Shown here: one piece after another, positions 1 to 12,595 of the stretch
Layout of the letters: each line of letters starts with the position of its first letter
Position numbering within the stretch: the stretch's first letter is position 1
Assembly: GCA_043228905.1 (NCBI GenBank)
Contig: JBHGNT010000004.1
Span: 20,336,001 to 20,400,000, forward strand
Length of the DNA: 64,000 bases
Reading direction: 5' to 3'
Source: Azolla caroliniana
Lineage: Eukaryota; Plantae; Polypodiophyta
Program-made: the position numbers and the translations under genes
The notes under the pieces: generated by a model
What the model was told of the DNA's origin: nothing
What the model saw: the letters and a program-made list of their open reading frames with translations, nothing else
Databases searched by the model: none

Positions 1-249
1 TCAATTGGAGACAGATAGGTAGGTCAAAGTATGAACCTCCCAAGCAGAGGGTATGTTAGTTATTCATACAGAGCATATATACTCCATTGCACAATTTACT
101 ATGAGAACCTATAATGCTCCACTGCCTATAGTGCGGGATTTAGATCATTCACCAGGTTATGGACTTCTATCATCAATGACGTTTGGGGCTATCTTTATTA
201 AAGATTCGTGAGTTTAGAGCCTTTCCTAGACATCCAGCAGGATCTGAAC

Positions 250-640
250 AAAGGAGGATGTCAAAGTTCTTAGGGAATCAGATGGTCATGCCAAGAAACC
301 TTGGAGCAAGCCAACCAGCAACTTGTAGGCGGGTACTGCGTGACTGAGAATTTTGCTTCACTCCAAAAGCCAAAATATATGTGGATCATTACGTACAAGA
401 CGTTGTTTACATCCACAAAGACGTAATATCCTTTCTCACGGTCAAGGACAAACCCCAAGCTTGTTCACTATGGAGGGCATTGATATCATACATCATCCTA
501 TGGTAACGTTCATCAGCTGATTCCCTCACGTTCAACTTGTAGAGAATACTGTGTGTGAAATAAATCTCAAGGAGGTAGTATTCTATCTCCCAAAGACTTA
601 TTTCACACAGTATTCTCTGCATTACTTGTGCCCAGGGTCC
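250..640 (-). mobile_element. Degenerate LTR-retrotransposon (Copia integrase-like) fragment in a UGT80 intron
   Basis: Minus strand around 630-580 reads like a decayed 'WAEAVNTAC' integrase motif (tgggcacaagtaatgcagagaatactgtgtg); no intact frame. Confidence 0.3.
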
Positions 641-968
641 CTATATCATTGTACTTAAATCACATTCTAGTCACAGAAGTACAACTTAATTGTGCGTTAT
701 TTACCAATCATTCCATGAGATTCAAGTGGATGTATCTTTTGTTTTCATAGGCCACTTTGCCCTTTGAAAAATTCATTTCTTTCATTCTCCACAAGCACAT
801 CCATGACCCATATCCCTTAGAAATGCCCAAGAATCAGCTGGGTTTGCGTCAACTTACTCTTCATATGTTTTTATGACTTTATACAAGAATTTATGAGATG
901 GAACTTGAGATTATAATGCAAAACTTTGGAAAAACAAAGAACATAAACTGGGAATATAATTTGTTTAC

Positions 969-3900
969 CTTTTGGCTTTGGAACAAGATGAGGGCTCCAC
1001 ATATATCCAGTTGGTAGATGTGAAATGGATCCTTGATTCATGTTGAAGTACATTGGATTCAAGTTCAATTCTTTGATTCTAAACTCATTGATAAGGCTTC
1101 GCATTGCCCACCACATAAGTGAGTCCACCACAACGTAAGACATCTGGCAAGGTACAGTTAGTTTACATGCATTTTGTTAAACCATTCATTACAAAAGCTC
1201 TTTTCAAATGCAATCAGGCTGACCTTGTAGCCAGCAAGCTGCTTTACACGTGCCAATGGATGAGGAAATTCATTGGTTGGTCTGAAAAAAAACACTCAAA
1301 ACTCAATACCTTTGTACAATAGAAATCAGTGATTGTATTAAAACACAATATGGCAGAAAAGTTAGGATTCAGATATCTTACGTCCAAGGCATTGTAAAGA
1401 AAATATGCAAGGGAACATTAAGATATTCCGCCACATGTACATGCCCTGCAGAAACCCACACTTCAGTTTTGCAGTCAAAATTCCAGTACTAATGGAGAAG
1501 ATACAACAAGAAAAAAAATGTAACAACAAGAACTAGGACCATATTTGCCATAAGGTATGATATGAAAAATTTATACATGCAAAGATCGAGGATAGAGATT
1601 TGCATACCATATGCAGGAGGATTTGCAATTATTGTGTCAGCTAAGAAAGGAGTACCACTTGGGCCATCAGGCTTAGTGCATGCAGGCAACAATGAGTGTA
1701 TTATGGCTCTTAGCTGTTTCTTTTGAGTTGAGATCTCAGATGGTCCTGACGGTAGAAAACCTTTGTTCTTCACCATATCTGCAAAAGAAAAAACTCTTGA
1801 ATTGTAATATTGTAAAGGGGAGTGATGCCTAACCACTAAATATTAAGTAGCAGCATATGTAAATATCACAGATATATGGTCTCCAACCTAAACCTTATAG
1901 AAAATATAAAAATGCTTATATGTTAATCCTGGAAGGATCAGGTTTCTTCTGTATAAATCATAATGACAAGGGAACCTGAGATGGTCACACAGGCAAAAGA
2001 GACTCACATCCAGCAAGAACCTTTGGATCTCCTCCTAATGGAAAAAATTCAAGACCATTTGTAGTGACGAATTCCCGGAAATTGGAATGTGTTGCTAATC
2101 TTACTCGGTGACCTTTCTCCTAAACAAACACCACAAATGAAATCAAAATTTCTTAAATTTGATATTTATGTACAAAAAAAAAGGAACATGCTCAGTCAAT
2201 TAACAATAACGATAGCATTCAATAATACATGCCTTTATTAACAACAAAGTCCCAAGTAATACAAGGAAGCTACTTCTAGCATGAGATGAACTAACATTGT
2301 ATTAAATTGAATATAGCACATATGTCTGATAATCATTTTCTATAATGCAAACATAATCACACGGAATGAAGAGTGGACGCAAAGTACTGGTATTGGAGAG
2401 AATACATGAATTGAGGAAGGTCCCTACCCAATCTGTCCCTCAAGACCAAGGTTGTTAGGTACAATACGGATACCATACGTATATAACGTATTAATACACA
2501 TATAGTACCTCCCAATTTAAAAATACGTTAAATACGTTTTCTTAATATATTAAATACTTATAGAATACGTAAAAATTTTAAAATACGTATTTTACGTATA
2601 GTACGTTAAATACTTCTAGAATTTGAAAATTATTTACCTTTCTAAAAAATATCTATAATATTGTAAAAAACATCTATGTTTACACAATTTTGTGATGTAC
2701 AATATAGTTCTACATCCTAAAATGCATATAAGACATTTGAACATTTCACATCCTAAAATACTTGTAGTAATATGGATGTCGACATTCCCTTATTCTATAA
2801 ATCCGTGTAAGTGTGTATCACGATATTCTACTTCAAATTGTAATTATTTACATTTATGCCTTCATAGATTGAGGAATCGTCTACGATTATCACACTCATC
2901 ATAGGTTTCTCTTTTCTTCATCTTCTTCTTCTATCTTCTACGATTATCACACTCAGAGTTAGGACAGGTTTATGTCTTCTTTTCTCTCTTCTTCATCTTC
3001 TTCATCTTCTTCATCATCGTCTCTTCTATTCTTCTTTCTTCCTTCCTTTGGCTTCTTTTTCACTAAATTTTTTTTTTTCTTTTGCTTTTTGTTGGGGTTT
3101 TACTTACATTTTCTTTATAAATATGTATTATACCTATTATTTTTATAAATACGTTAAATACCATATTGGACAAATGTACATGATATTTGATTGAACAACA
3201 TTGAGGTATAGTACGTACTATACAAATTATGAGGTACTATATGTATTTAAACGTTAAATACGGGTACGTAAACAACCATGCTCAAGATAATGAATTTATT
3301 ACAAGAGGCGGATCAAGGTATAGTATATTTCCAATATAAAATGGCAAATTGGAGCGAAGAAGATGTGTTATGCACTGTTCCAAGAACCCATGGGGACTAA
3401 GCCTTTGCCATATGGAAGATTGGTCACACCCATGGGGATCCAAGCTTTCCAATATGGAAGATTGAAGAAATATGAAAAGTTATCGAAGGTGGCTGGTAGA
3501 TGCCTATGATCACATCTGGACACCCATGCCAATGGGAGGAATATGTCCAAGCACACTGATGCACACATTCACATATATTGAAATAAAAAGTAGGAGTAGA
3601 AAAGAGAGTATGTGCCTGCATTGAGGACACAAAATATCATGTTACTTTGGAATGTCTCACATATAAATGCATGAGGCATGATTTTCAGGAATTCCGTCAA
3701 GGTTATGGTAGCTTTCACGAACTCCTATCAAGGACAAGACCATCACTGTTGACACCGGGAATGCTTTTTGCTTGTCTACTCATCCAACGTAACAAAATTT
3801 CATGAAGATCCAAACAATGACATTCAGAAACAAGTTTGGTTTTTAATTTCAGCTTTTACTTATATTTTTGTTGTACTATTTAAAAAATTAACACCTATAC

Positions 3901-6900
3901 AGATGGGGAGAATGCTTGTAATGATTGTTAGTTCCATGGGTCATGTTGGTTCCTTGTGGATGTCAATATATCATTGACAGTGTGACATAATAGAGTTGAG
4001 ATGAGATGGTAGCAGTAACAATAGTTACAAAGACAGTTCTGACTTGTATGCAACCAATAGGGAATTAAATAAAAATATCCAGGGTTGGATCATGTCTCGT
4101 CTATACAGCTAATAGAAGAAGGTGAAACCAACCATTCATAAGCACAAATGAAAGATAGATTCTGAGCACATGGCATGGATATGAATGCACTCTCACACTT
4201 GAGTTAAAGAGACACAAAAGAACTGGATCAACCACGGAGATAGGTGTAAGTCCTCTTTGTACATATGAATTAAGGCAAGTCCAACATCAATTGAACTCAA
4301 AGAATCTAGAAATGAATAATATTCATCAAAACAAAATATTATGGACAGATCAATACTTACTTTTAATCTCTTCCCTATAGCCACAAAAGGCTGCACATCC
4401 CCTCTTGTTCCAACAATAAGAATGGCAATATTCAGGTATGATGGAACAGCACTTCTATGAACCTCACATGGCTGGTTAATATCTGATTCCGCTTGAATAT
4501 CCAAACCAAATAGATTTGGTACAATTTGAGCACTTTGGTCAACGTCAACCTCCACTGTGCCATCATTTTTTATTTTGACAAGATTTTCAATAATTTTTTT
4601 CTGTTCAAGGCAATAAAGATATGCGGGGTCAGTTCCAAAAGTATATAACGAACAGTTTTAAATTCAGTTTTGTGTTACAATTACCCAATGACTTACCCGT
4701 TTTCGTTCGGAGAGCTTCTCAGCTGGATGTGATGAGAGAAGGATCTTGTCCCTGATTTTAAGCTCATTCTCTTTTTTTTCTGTTTGAGATCGTGACAAGT
4801 TCTGAATATTGTCCTTGATATAGATCTCACTAGAAACTTCAGATGGGGTTGTTTTAGATCTGCCAAGCACTACAGAAAAGGATCCATATATCAAAAATCA
4901 CAGATTTTCACGTTATTCCAAAAAGAACTCCAAAAACAGCATGCAACAGATATGCAGCTTGAAACTTTATAGAATATATCTCACAAACTGTGATTCTAAA
5001 TTTAAATAGGCTCAAACTTTTGTCATTGTACAATCTCTAACGTGAGCTGCTCCAAGATTGAGAGATCTCCGAGGCAAGGGAAGAACCTTCGGTGCTGGGT
5101 GATAATGGCTTTTATTTTAAACCGCTCCAAGATTGAGAGATCTCCAAGGCAAGGGAAGAACTTCTGGTGTTGGGTGATAATGTCCTTTATTTTTTAGTGA
5201 AAAGGGTGAAAAGGCCATAGTTGAGACGGTTGTCGCTTATTTGCATGACGTATCACCATTGACTGATCTGTTGTAACCCCTTTCACATGTCTTGGTCAAG
5301 AATCCACTTGTGTTTTCCTTAATTTGTTTGTAGCATGAGAAAGAGTTGTTGAGAATGTTTAAAAGTTATAACGGCTAGCCCAACTGCTAGTTAGCCCAAC
5401 GGCCAGATCTTGGCCTTTATAAAGAGGAACTTTCTCCTCATTTAAATATAAGTGATCTCTGTATTTTCTCCCATATCTCCTTCACACTTAAAATTCCATC
5501 AACTGTTGTGGTGATTGATGGAATCATGGAGTTGAGAAGCCACGTGTACAAAGACATGTGGGTAGCTCTCCATGCTTTCCATTCATTGCTCGTTATGACA
5601 GGAGGTTCTTTCTCTTGTCCCGTTAGGTAGCCGTCAAGGCTTCTCCCTGCCAAGGCACCTATAATCTGACGCGACCAGCTCAAGTATGTGGTTGGTCCAT
5701 CGAGTTTGAACTCAACTAGGAGGAGTTCAAGTCGGGGTGGTGGTTGTGTTCCTGTACGACGAAGATGCATAGTTGCTTCTGTTGAGCTTCTCCACCTCCA
5801 AATGCTACAATCTCAGCCTGCTTCATGTATTTCACCAATGTTTTCACCTCATCCTCATTCAATTTTGAGAACACCTCATCCATCTTCTCAACTTGGCCTA
5901 TCTCTGCTATCCTCTTCTGACTTCTTTTCTCAAGTCACCTCTCAATCACATAGCAATGTCATCCCAAATGGAAAAAAAATCCCCTTTCCTCAATAAATGC
6001 AAAAGACGTATGCTGGGAGGGGAAACAACATGAGAGTATTTCAAATTGAGCAAGAGATAGATGTTGTTTGGCAGGGAGATATGATGATTCAGGAATATGC
6101 CATAGAGCTAGAGCGTCTATGGGCAGAATACGATCATTTCTCGCCTGTGACAATGTGCAATGATCCTCAATGTAAGAGCAAGGAAATTTCTGCTCAAAGA
6201 AGAACCATGCAATTTTTAAACATTCTCAACAAGAGTAATGTCGCTAAAGATAATTTTGATTGCCTCTATTGATGAGATATTCTAGTTTTATTGTTCTTCA
6301 ACAACTTTTCTCTATGTATCTTGACTTCTAGTAAGAATAGACCCAAGTACAATCAATGATTCTATTCCATGATCTTGTGTAGTGGGTCAAAGCCTTGTTG
6401 AAGAGGCGATCTCTCAGGCAATAGCAATTTGTCCTGCACATAGGCCTCGGCCCCATGGACGATGACCTCACCTCAATACCCTTGTCATTGACAGATAAAG
6501 ACCATTATCTCACACCATTGCAGGTGTTTCCCTCGTGTTAAGAGTCTATTACTAATCAATAGACCAAAATAAAGTAAAAGCAAGGTAATTAGATTGGATA
6601 GAAGAACCCGTTCCACCCGACCTATAATCAAGACATAGCCAACCTACCACCAACGTCCCATACTGCCGGATATTAGGGTGACTAATATCTTGGAAGAGAT
6701 TAACACGATCGTCGTGACGAAAGCCGCACCGACGTAATGTGCTTATGAGGGTAGCTAAGCCTCATATTTATACCCCTTCCTAGGCCCCTTCAATAGATGT
6801 GCCTTTCAAAAAGACTCTGCATTGGTTGTCAAGATCGTGATAGTGCATCCACCTATCATCTTATCATTCCTTCTATCCAATCACATTAGTCCCTTTTTAA

Positions 6901-9900
6901 CATTAGTGAACATACCATTCACTCATGTAAATATTAGTGACTTACCCTCACCTACGTTATGTGTACATAACACCTCACTTCAGAGACCTCTCATTTTGGA
7001 GCAACCTATGTTAGAGATCTTTCGAAGACAAAAGTTATAATATATCTAACTTGAGAATCTCACATGTGCCGAAAACTGGATTCCCTCATCTCTTTTTATC
7101 TTATTTACTTTTATATTTACTGAGAATATTTATTTTATTTTGATTTGTTGTTCTCAAAGACAAGACAACACTTAAGATGTAATCTCTTGTTTGGTCTTAT
7201 TGGCGATTTTGGCCTCTTCAAAGACATTAATATATCTTTCTTTCTTGCTCTCTCTCTCTCTCTCATATTTCATAAAAACCATCACTTTGCAATGGCAGCC
7301 ATAGTGTTTTTCTGATTCCACCATTTGATGGATTCAGGTAAGCATGATTTGTATAGGTGGGGGAGGGGGGCTGCTTGGAAATGTCAAAAGTACCTTTGCA
7401 TATTCATGCCAAGCTTGAGGTGAGGTTAGTTGTGTGCTAGGCTGCTTCTCATAGACATTTTCCATTCTCTTTCCATTTCTTGTTCTACGAACAACAGGTA
7501 CAACTTTGCCACATACGATCTCTACTTCTTCCTCACAAGGCGTTGGAAGAATGCTCTCGTTTGTTTATATGTACAAATCCACCAGGTCACTTCTTGTTCC
7601 AAGCTTCTCCTTGTTTCATGAAATTCCTCATCCTACCAACTATTTTCTGTGCTTCTACCACATATGGGTGCATTGCGGACTGTAGTATACAAAAAGGCAT
7701 TTTTGCAGCATACTTTTAATCCTAGGGATTGAGACAAACCCTTAAGGACCAAGTGTGAACTTGTCTTGGGGCCTTCAATCTGGCTATAAATATGAGGCCT
7801 AGCTATCCTCATTGGACACATTATTCGATTACGTTGAGACTGTGATTTGGTGGTGAACAAACTCTTGTGGTGAGCGTGCACTAGTACCAGGTATGACTCG
7901 ATGCTACGTTGATGGTATGGGATGTTGTTCAAGGTTCGGTCTGTCTCGATCCCGTCGCTCCGGAGTGGTCAAGTGGATCGGCACCCTTCTTCCTCTCTCC
8001 CTTTCTCTTTACTATCTTTTATCTATTTCCTTATTTCATTCTTACATTAGAAATAATCTCTAACATTAACATACACATTCTTTTGGTATATAACATGCCC
8101 AATTAAATATGCATGATCTGCTGCCAAGCCAATGGGTTCCCTACAAATAGTGAAATCTGTTATCCCATCAAGCAATAGACCATGTTTACATCTCCCTTGT
8201 GGTTCCACCATGTCAAAGCATCTAATCTTGGCCATTGTGACAAACCACTGTGTATCCCGAACCCATGTGCACTGCAAAGGGCTAGAAGGCTAGAAAGTGT
8301 TTGCCATATTTTGTTACTTCACTCATATCTCAATCTCTTTGTTTTAGGCCAACTTCTTCACACTGACTTCTCCATAGATGGCCTCACTTGCTGTCAAACT
8401 AAGTTGTTTGCTTATCCTTAGTGTGAGCATTTAAGTTCCCTGATAGTATTATATCCCCCATAATAGAGAGAACTTATGATATCATTGTATAATGGTAAAT
8501 ATAATGATTCTCTGAGAGATGCAAACTGCGAGCAAGCAGGTAGAAAGTAGCATATTGCAACATATGAATCTCTATAGTCCCGCATTTGGATTCATATTCA
8601 CATATAACAAGGAACATCCTTTTGTACAACATACACTCTATCATGAATCTCTTCTTCATACGACACATCCACTCCACTGAAGCCTCAAGAAAGAAAGAAA
8701 AAAAAACAATTTGACATTTGACACCAGCACATCTTTACAAGCGTAGAAAAGTTATGTGATTATATCTCATCATGAATATGTAGATAGTCTATAAACAAAT
8801 TAACAGCTGAATTTGGATGTGTCCCCAAGATGTCCCTCATCGGAAAGGTTACAATAGCTTGGTTTATGACTCCTATGGCAATCTAGGATAGCTTTTATCT
8901 GTTCAAGATAGTGATGTGGTGGATGAGTTGGCTGAGGTCATGGCTGTTTCAACTCCTCATGGGCACATTCTACTATTTGTTAAGTTCCAGTGACAGACAT
9001 GGGTAAACTTGTGTCTACAATCTCTGTCTGGCTTGGTTGTCTTGGATCATGTTCCTGTAAGGTGTAGGCCATTGCTTCTCAAGAGTTTCGGTGGTAGCGC
9101 CGAAGTTTAAGTAAGAAGCGTCGCAGGCATCTTTGGTCCTCCAAGTCCATGACTTTATGCAGGGTTCCAAACCTTTCCCTAATAAGGCAGTGGCATCCCC
9201 TTTAGTTCAGTAAAATACGTTGAGGTAATGACCTAGCTCCTCTACTTCAACATCGAGAGAACATAGCTATTAGAGGTATCAATTGGTTTCCTGCCCTTCA
9301 AATCTATATATCCTCAATTTGTGCTATCAAGTATGATTCTATCCAATTTAGTTACGTGAGAGGTGGGTATCCATATAGTTGGAGCAAAGGACAAAGTCAT
9401 CGAATGATGTGTAGAAATGTTCCAGCCTTGACCCAATGCGAATGGTGGGTTCCCCCAAAGATCGTTTCGTAATCAGAAATGGAAAATAAAGTTCATCATT
9501 CCCGATAAATTCTGGACTTACATTGAGGGGTTGGAACCACACGAATTAAAATTTGTGTATGGTCTGAATTTTTTTAAGCAGCTAAAAGAATAGCAGAGGA
9601 TGCAATGCTATGGATTGGAGGAACTAATGATTACGCAAATAACAAAAAATTAACCAATTGTTAAAGATAGAACTAACAAGTCAACTTGTGTTTCAGATTT
9701 CCGTGTTTCTTCATCCATCTCATCCCTTTTCCATCATATATTGCACTTTGCTATTTATATTTATTTCAACCTTCATCAAGATATATGCATCCCTTTTTGG
9801 GTTGGCCTCCACAATAGTTTTAAACAGTTCTTTTTTGTATTCTGGGGTATATCTCCTCATATGTTGATTCTTCAGTCAACTGTGCTAGTTTGCTAGGATT

Positions 9901-11627
9901 CCATGAGGCTAAAGAGATGGTGGAGCTACATCTTTTGTATTCAGAAGTTGTTTGAAACCTATCTTTGTGCTAGCTTGCATGGCATCAGCACAGCTCAGGT
10001 CGAATCTCTAGATATGCTGAAGTTATGACAGAAACCTAGGGTCAAGGATTAGAAGAGAATATTAAGTTTGGGGACAGTAAAAATGCAGGGACAAAGAGGA
10101 AGAGATCAGGGTGGAAACTCTAAACGCAGAGGTAGAGAGTAGGAGGGGAGAGAGATAAGAGGGATGATATAAGAATTTTTTCATGTGAAAAGCTTTTCCA
10201 TGGTCCAAGATTCAGATATATGCAGATAAATTCTTCATAAGAAGACCTAAACTTGAATAAAGTTTCTATTCAACTGAATACAAACAAAGGAGAAGTACAG
10301 GCACATTTTGAAAAACAGTGCAGCCAGAAGCCGATCAAAACTAGCAATTAGAATAAGATACAGATGCAATAAGGCTTATTAAAGCTTATACAGAGACAAG
10401 TTCACCTATTAAAGCTTATACATATGCACAACTATTTTCTGCACACTGTAGCGTCCATGATGTGGCATCATTAAGTACATCATCAATGCCTATATATGAT
10501 TCTTGTAAATAAATCTTGAAATTGTTTTGAAATGGGAGACAAAAGATTGGGAAAGAAAACCAAAATATAAAACAAAACAGAAAATAAAAATATTTAAACA
10601 ACACACAGCCAGTAATAAGAAGATTGTTTGTTAAATACAACCAAAAGGTCCTCGTCAAGAGAGGGGAAAAAAGGCACTGCAATTGTATTCATCGTTAATT
10701 ATTATTAGTTATTCTATGCAGTTCATTCCATTAGTGCGCGAGAGCTACCAATGCTAAGATCTAAAGAACAAAACAGCATCCACTACCTAGAAATTTATCA
10801 ATTAAATAAAAACAAGAGTTTTTCCCGTGAGAGGGAAATACAAAATCCAGCCTGTTTTCATCAGCACGCAAAAGTAAACAAATCTTCATACATCAGCATT
10901 TGATAGAAGATTGAGTATTATTAAAACAATGATTTTCACCTGGAGATGGGCATGCATTGGAAGTGAAAGATGATACAGAGACTGGAGAGTCCATAGGAGT
11001 GTCACAGCTCCAAAATTCACCAGGTGAATAGCATTGGCTGACATCGTATTCCAAAGTTGCTGCTTGTAAGGGAACATCTTCTTCATTGTTGTTATTACCA
11101 GAATACTGCGACAAAATCTGACCTTCAAGTAAATCTGAAGAGCATCCATCCTCAAGACAACAATCTTTCTTACCATCAACAGTTTTAATTTCAACATATT
11201 CTTTGCAGGATTGTGACAAAGCCTCCTTATTGATTAAATCTTCTTCTCTGACGTGATTGAAAGTGCCCTGGTCCATGATCTCTCTTTCTTCACAACAAAC
11301 TTCTAAAGAATCTGTACAACTCTTCAAGGAATCCTTATTCAGACCATCTAAGGCATCATTATCACAACCTTCTATAGAATCCTCATTGCAAACTTCTATG
11401 GGATTTTTATTGAAAACTTCCAAAGATTCTGAAATTTCATTCTCACGATCAGACGGCTGATCATGTGCTTTTTCTTCTATTATAGAGTTATACACAGGAG
11501 GAGCTGGTTCAGGACGCCTGCCTGAAAAGCGACAGAAATTAAGCCAGGTGTGTGGAATCCAAGCATGTGGAAACCTTTGGTCGAAGAAAAAATGGTGATC
11601 ATCAGCAGCCACAGAAACTGTATCCAT
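969..11627 (-). CDS. UGT80: Sterol 3-beta-glucosyltransferase (UGT80 family, GT1/Glyco_transf_28); multi-exon, 3' part continues beyond the left edge of the window
   Basis: Phase-consistent GT-AG exons: 10940-11627 (first exon, least certain), 4697-4869, 4361-4600, 2008-2119, 1608-1778, 1382-1445, 1224-1281, 969-1143. Spliced product has the UGT80 motifs 'KIKNDGTVEVD', 'IAILIVGTRGDVQPFVAIGKRL', 'GHRVRLATHSNFREFV...PLGGDPKVLAGYMVKNKGFLPSGP', 'IIANPPAYGHVHVAE..VPLHIFFTMPWTPTNEFPHPLA', 'TGYMWSPHLVPKPK'. Confidence 0.92.
2447..3280. mobile_element. Non-autonomous hAT-like element (MITE) in a UGT80 intron
   Basis: Imperfect TIRs CAAGGTTGTTAGGTAC / GTACGTAAACAACCATG; 8-bp TSD CTCAAGAC (2439-2446) / CTCAAGAT (3281-3288); subterminal AATACG(T) motifs repeated at both ends; no ORF. 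Confidence 0.8.
5047..5195. repeat. Two-copy tandem repeat, unit ~75 bp
   Basis: GCTCCAAGATTGAGAGATCTCC(G/A)AGGCAAGGGAAGAAC... begins at ~5048 and again at ~5123. Confidence 0.85.
5450..5900 (-). mobile_element. Copia gag fragment, N-terminal half (Retrotran_gag/UBN2-like)
   Basis: 'KLDGPTTYLSWSRQI...LDGYLTG...WKAWRATHMSLYTWLLNSMIPSI...SVKEIWEKIQ' is a typical Copia gag segment. Confidence 0.8.
5997..6235 (+). mobile_element. Copia gag fragment, continuation on the opposite strand
   Basis: 'QKTYAGRGNNMRVFQIEQEI...QGDMMIQEYAIELERLWAEYDHF...RRTMQFLNILN' is the segment that follows 'KEIWEK' in Copia gag. Confidence 0.8.
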
Positions 11628-12145
11628 CTCATTGAAATCCTCACATGTCGAAATAATCAGTTTGAAGAAGAAACTCTGGTTGTGCTGAAGGAAGAAGAGT
11701 AAGAAGAAGCATTGTAATCATATACTCCTCAATTTTCCCCGGCAGATGTAAGAATGGGTTTACACGTAAACTTTGTATCTTTTCTTTGAATATGTTCCAA
11801 TCAATCAGAAAGGACTCTGGAAAGTATTGGTTGTAAATTGCTTCCAGAAGACATCGCTAAATCTACTGATCAAATCATGGGGAAAATAACATACCTGTAG
11901 ACTTCTTTCTATAATAGTCTCTTCTCTGAACAGAATCTCCAAAGGGAGAACGAAAAGATAATGAAGAATGGGAGAACTTGAGGTCTAAATAAAACTAATT
12001 TGGAGAAGAAGAAGAAGAAGAAGGGATTAAAGTTATTTTTCTTCTCCTTTCTCCTCTGTGATTTGAATCCTCGAGGAATTCGAAGAGAAGCTTTTCATAT
12101 TATTTTGGCAATAAAGTTCTGCCGGTATGCTTCTCTTCTCTGCAC

Positions 12146-12301
12146 AGAATGAAGAAGAGGAGGAAGAAGAAGAAGAAGATGATGATGATGATGATGAAGA
12201 AGAAAAAGATAATGAAGATTATGAAGATTATGAAGAAGAAGATAATGAAGATTATGACGATGAAAGAGAAGGAGAAGACGAAGATTATGATAAGGAAGGG
12301 G

Positions 12302-12332
<31 letters not shown>

Positions 12333-12375
12333 AGAAGAAGAAACCCTAATTCTTCTTCTTCTTCTTCTTCTTCTT

Positions 12376-12414
<39 letters not shown>

Positions 12415-12557
12415 GAGTGAACTGAGTGAATCGCAGAAGGAGAAACCCTAATCCTTCTCTCTGAGAGACAGAGAGAAAGACAGAGACAGAGACAGAGAGA
12501 GACAGAGATGGCGACTTCGCGTTTTACAGCTCTCTTCCCTCCCTCTCTGTCGCCATC

Positions 12558-12592
<35 letters not shown>
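12146..12592. repeat. Compound microsatellite region (GAA/GAT, GA, TTC, GAGACA, CT) with two telo-box motifs, in the probable 5' leader/promoter of UGT80
   Basis: Direct reading; AAACCCTAA at 12341 and ~12443; candidate 5'UTR intron donor CAG|GTATG near 11894 on the minus strand. Confidence 0.85.

Positions 12593-12595
<3 letters not shown>

Noticed and set aside
10420-10505. Possible extra UGT80 exon 'ESYIGIDDVLNDATSWTLQCAENSCAY'
   Set aside because: Weak splice sites and its end phase does not fit the next exon; exon 1 already joins 4869 in phase.
12127-12420. Poly-E/D and poly-K/M ORFs
   Set aside because: Translations of GAA/GAT/GA microsatellites; no coding evidence.
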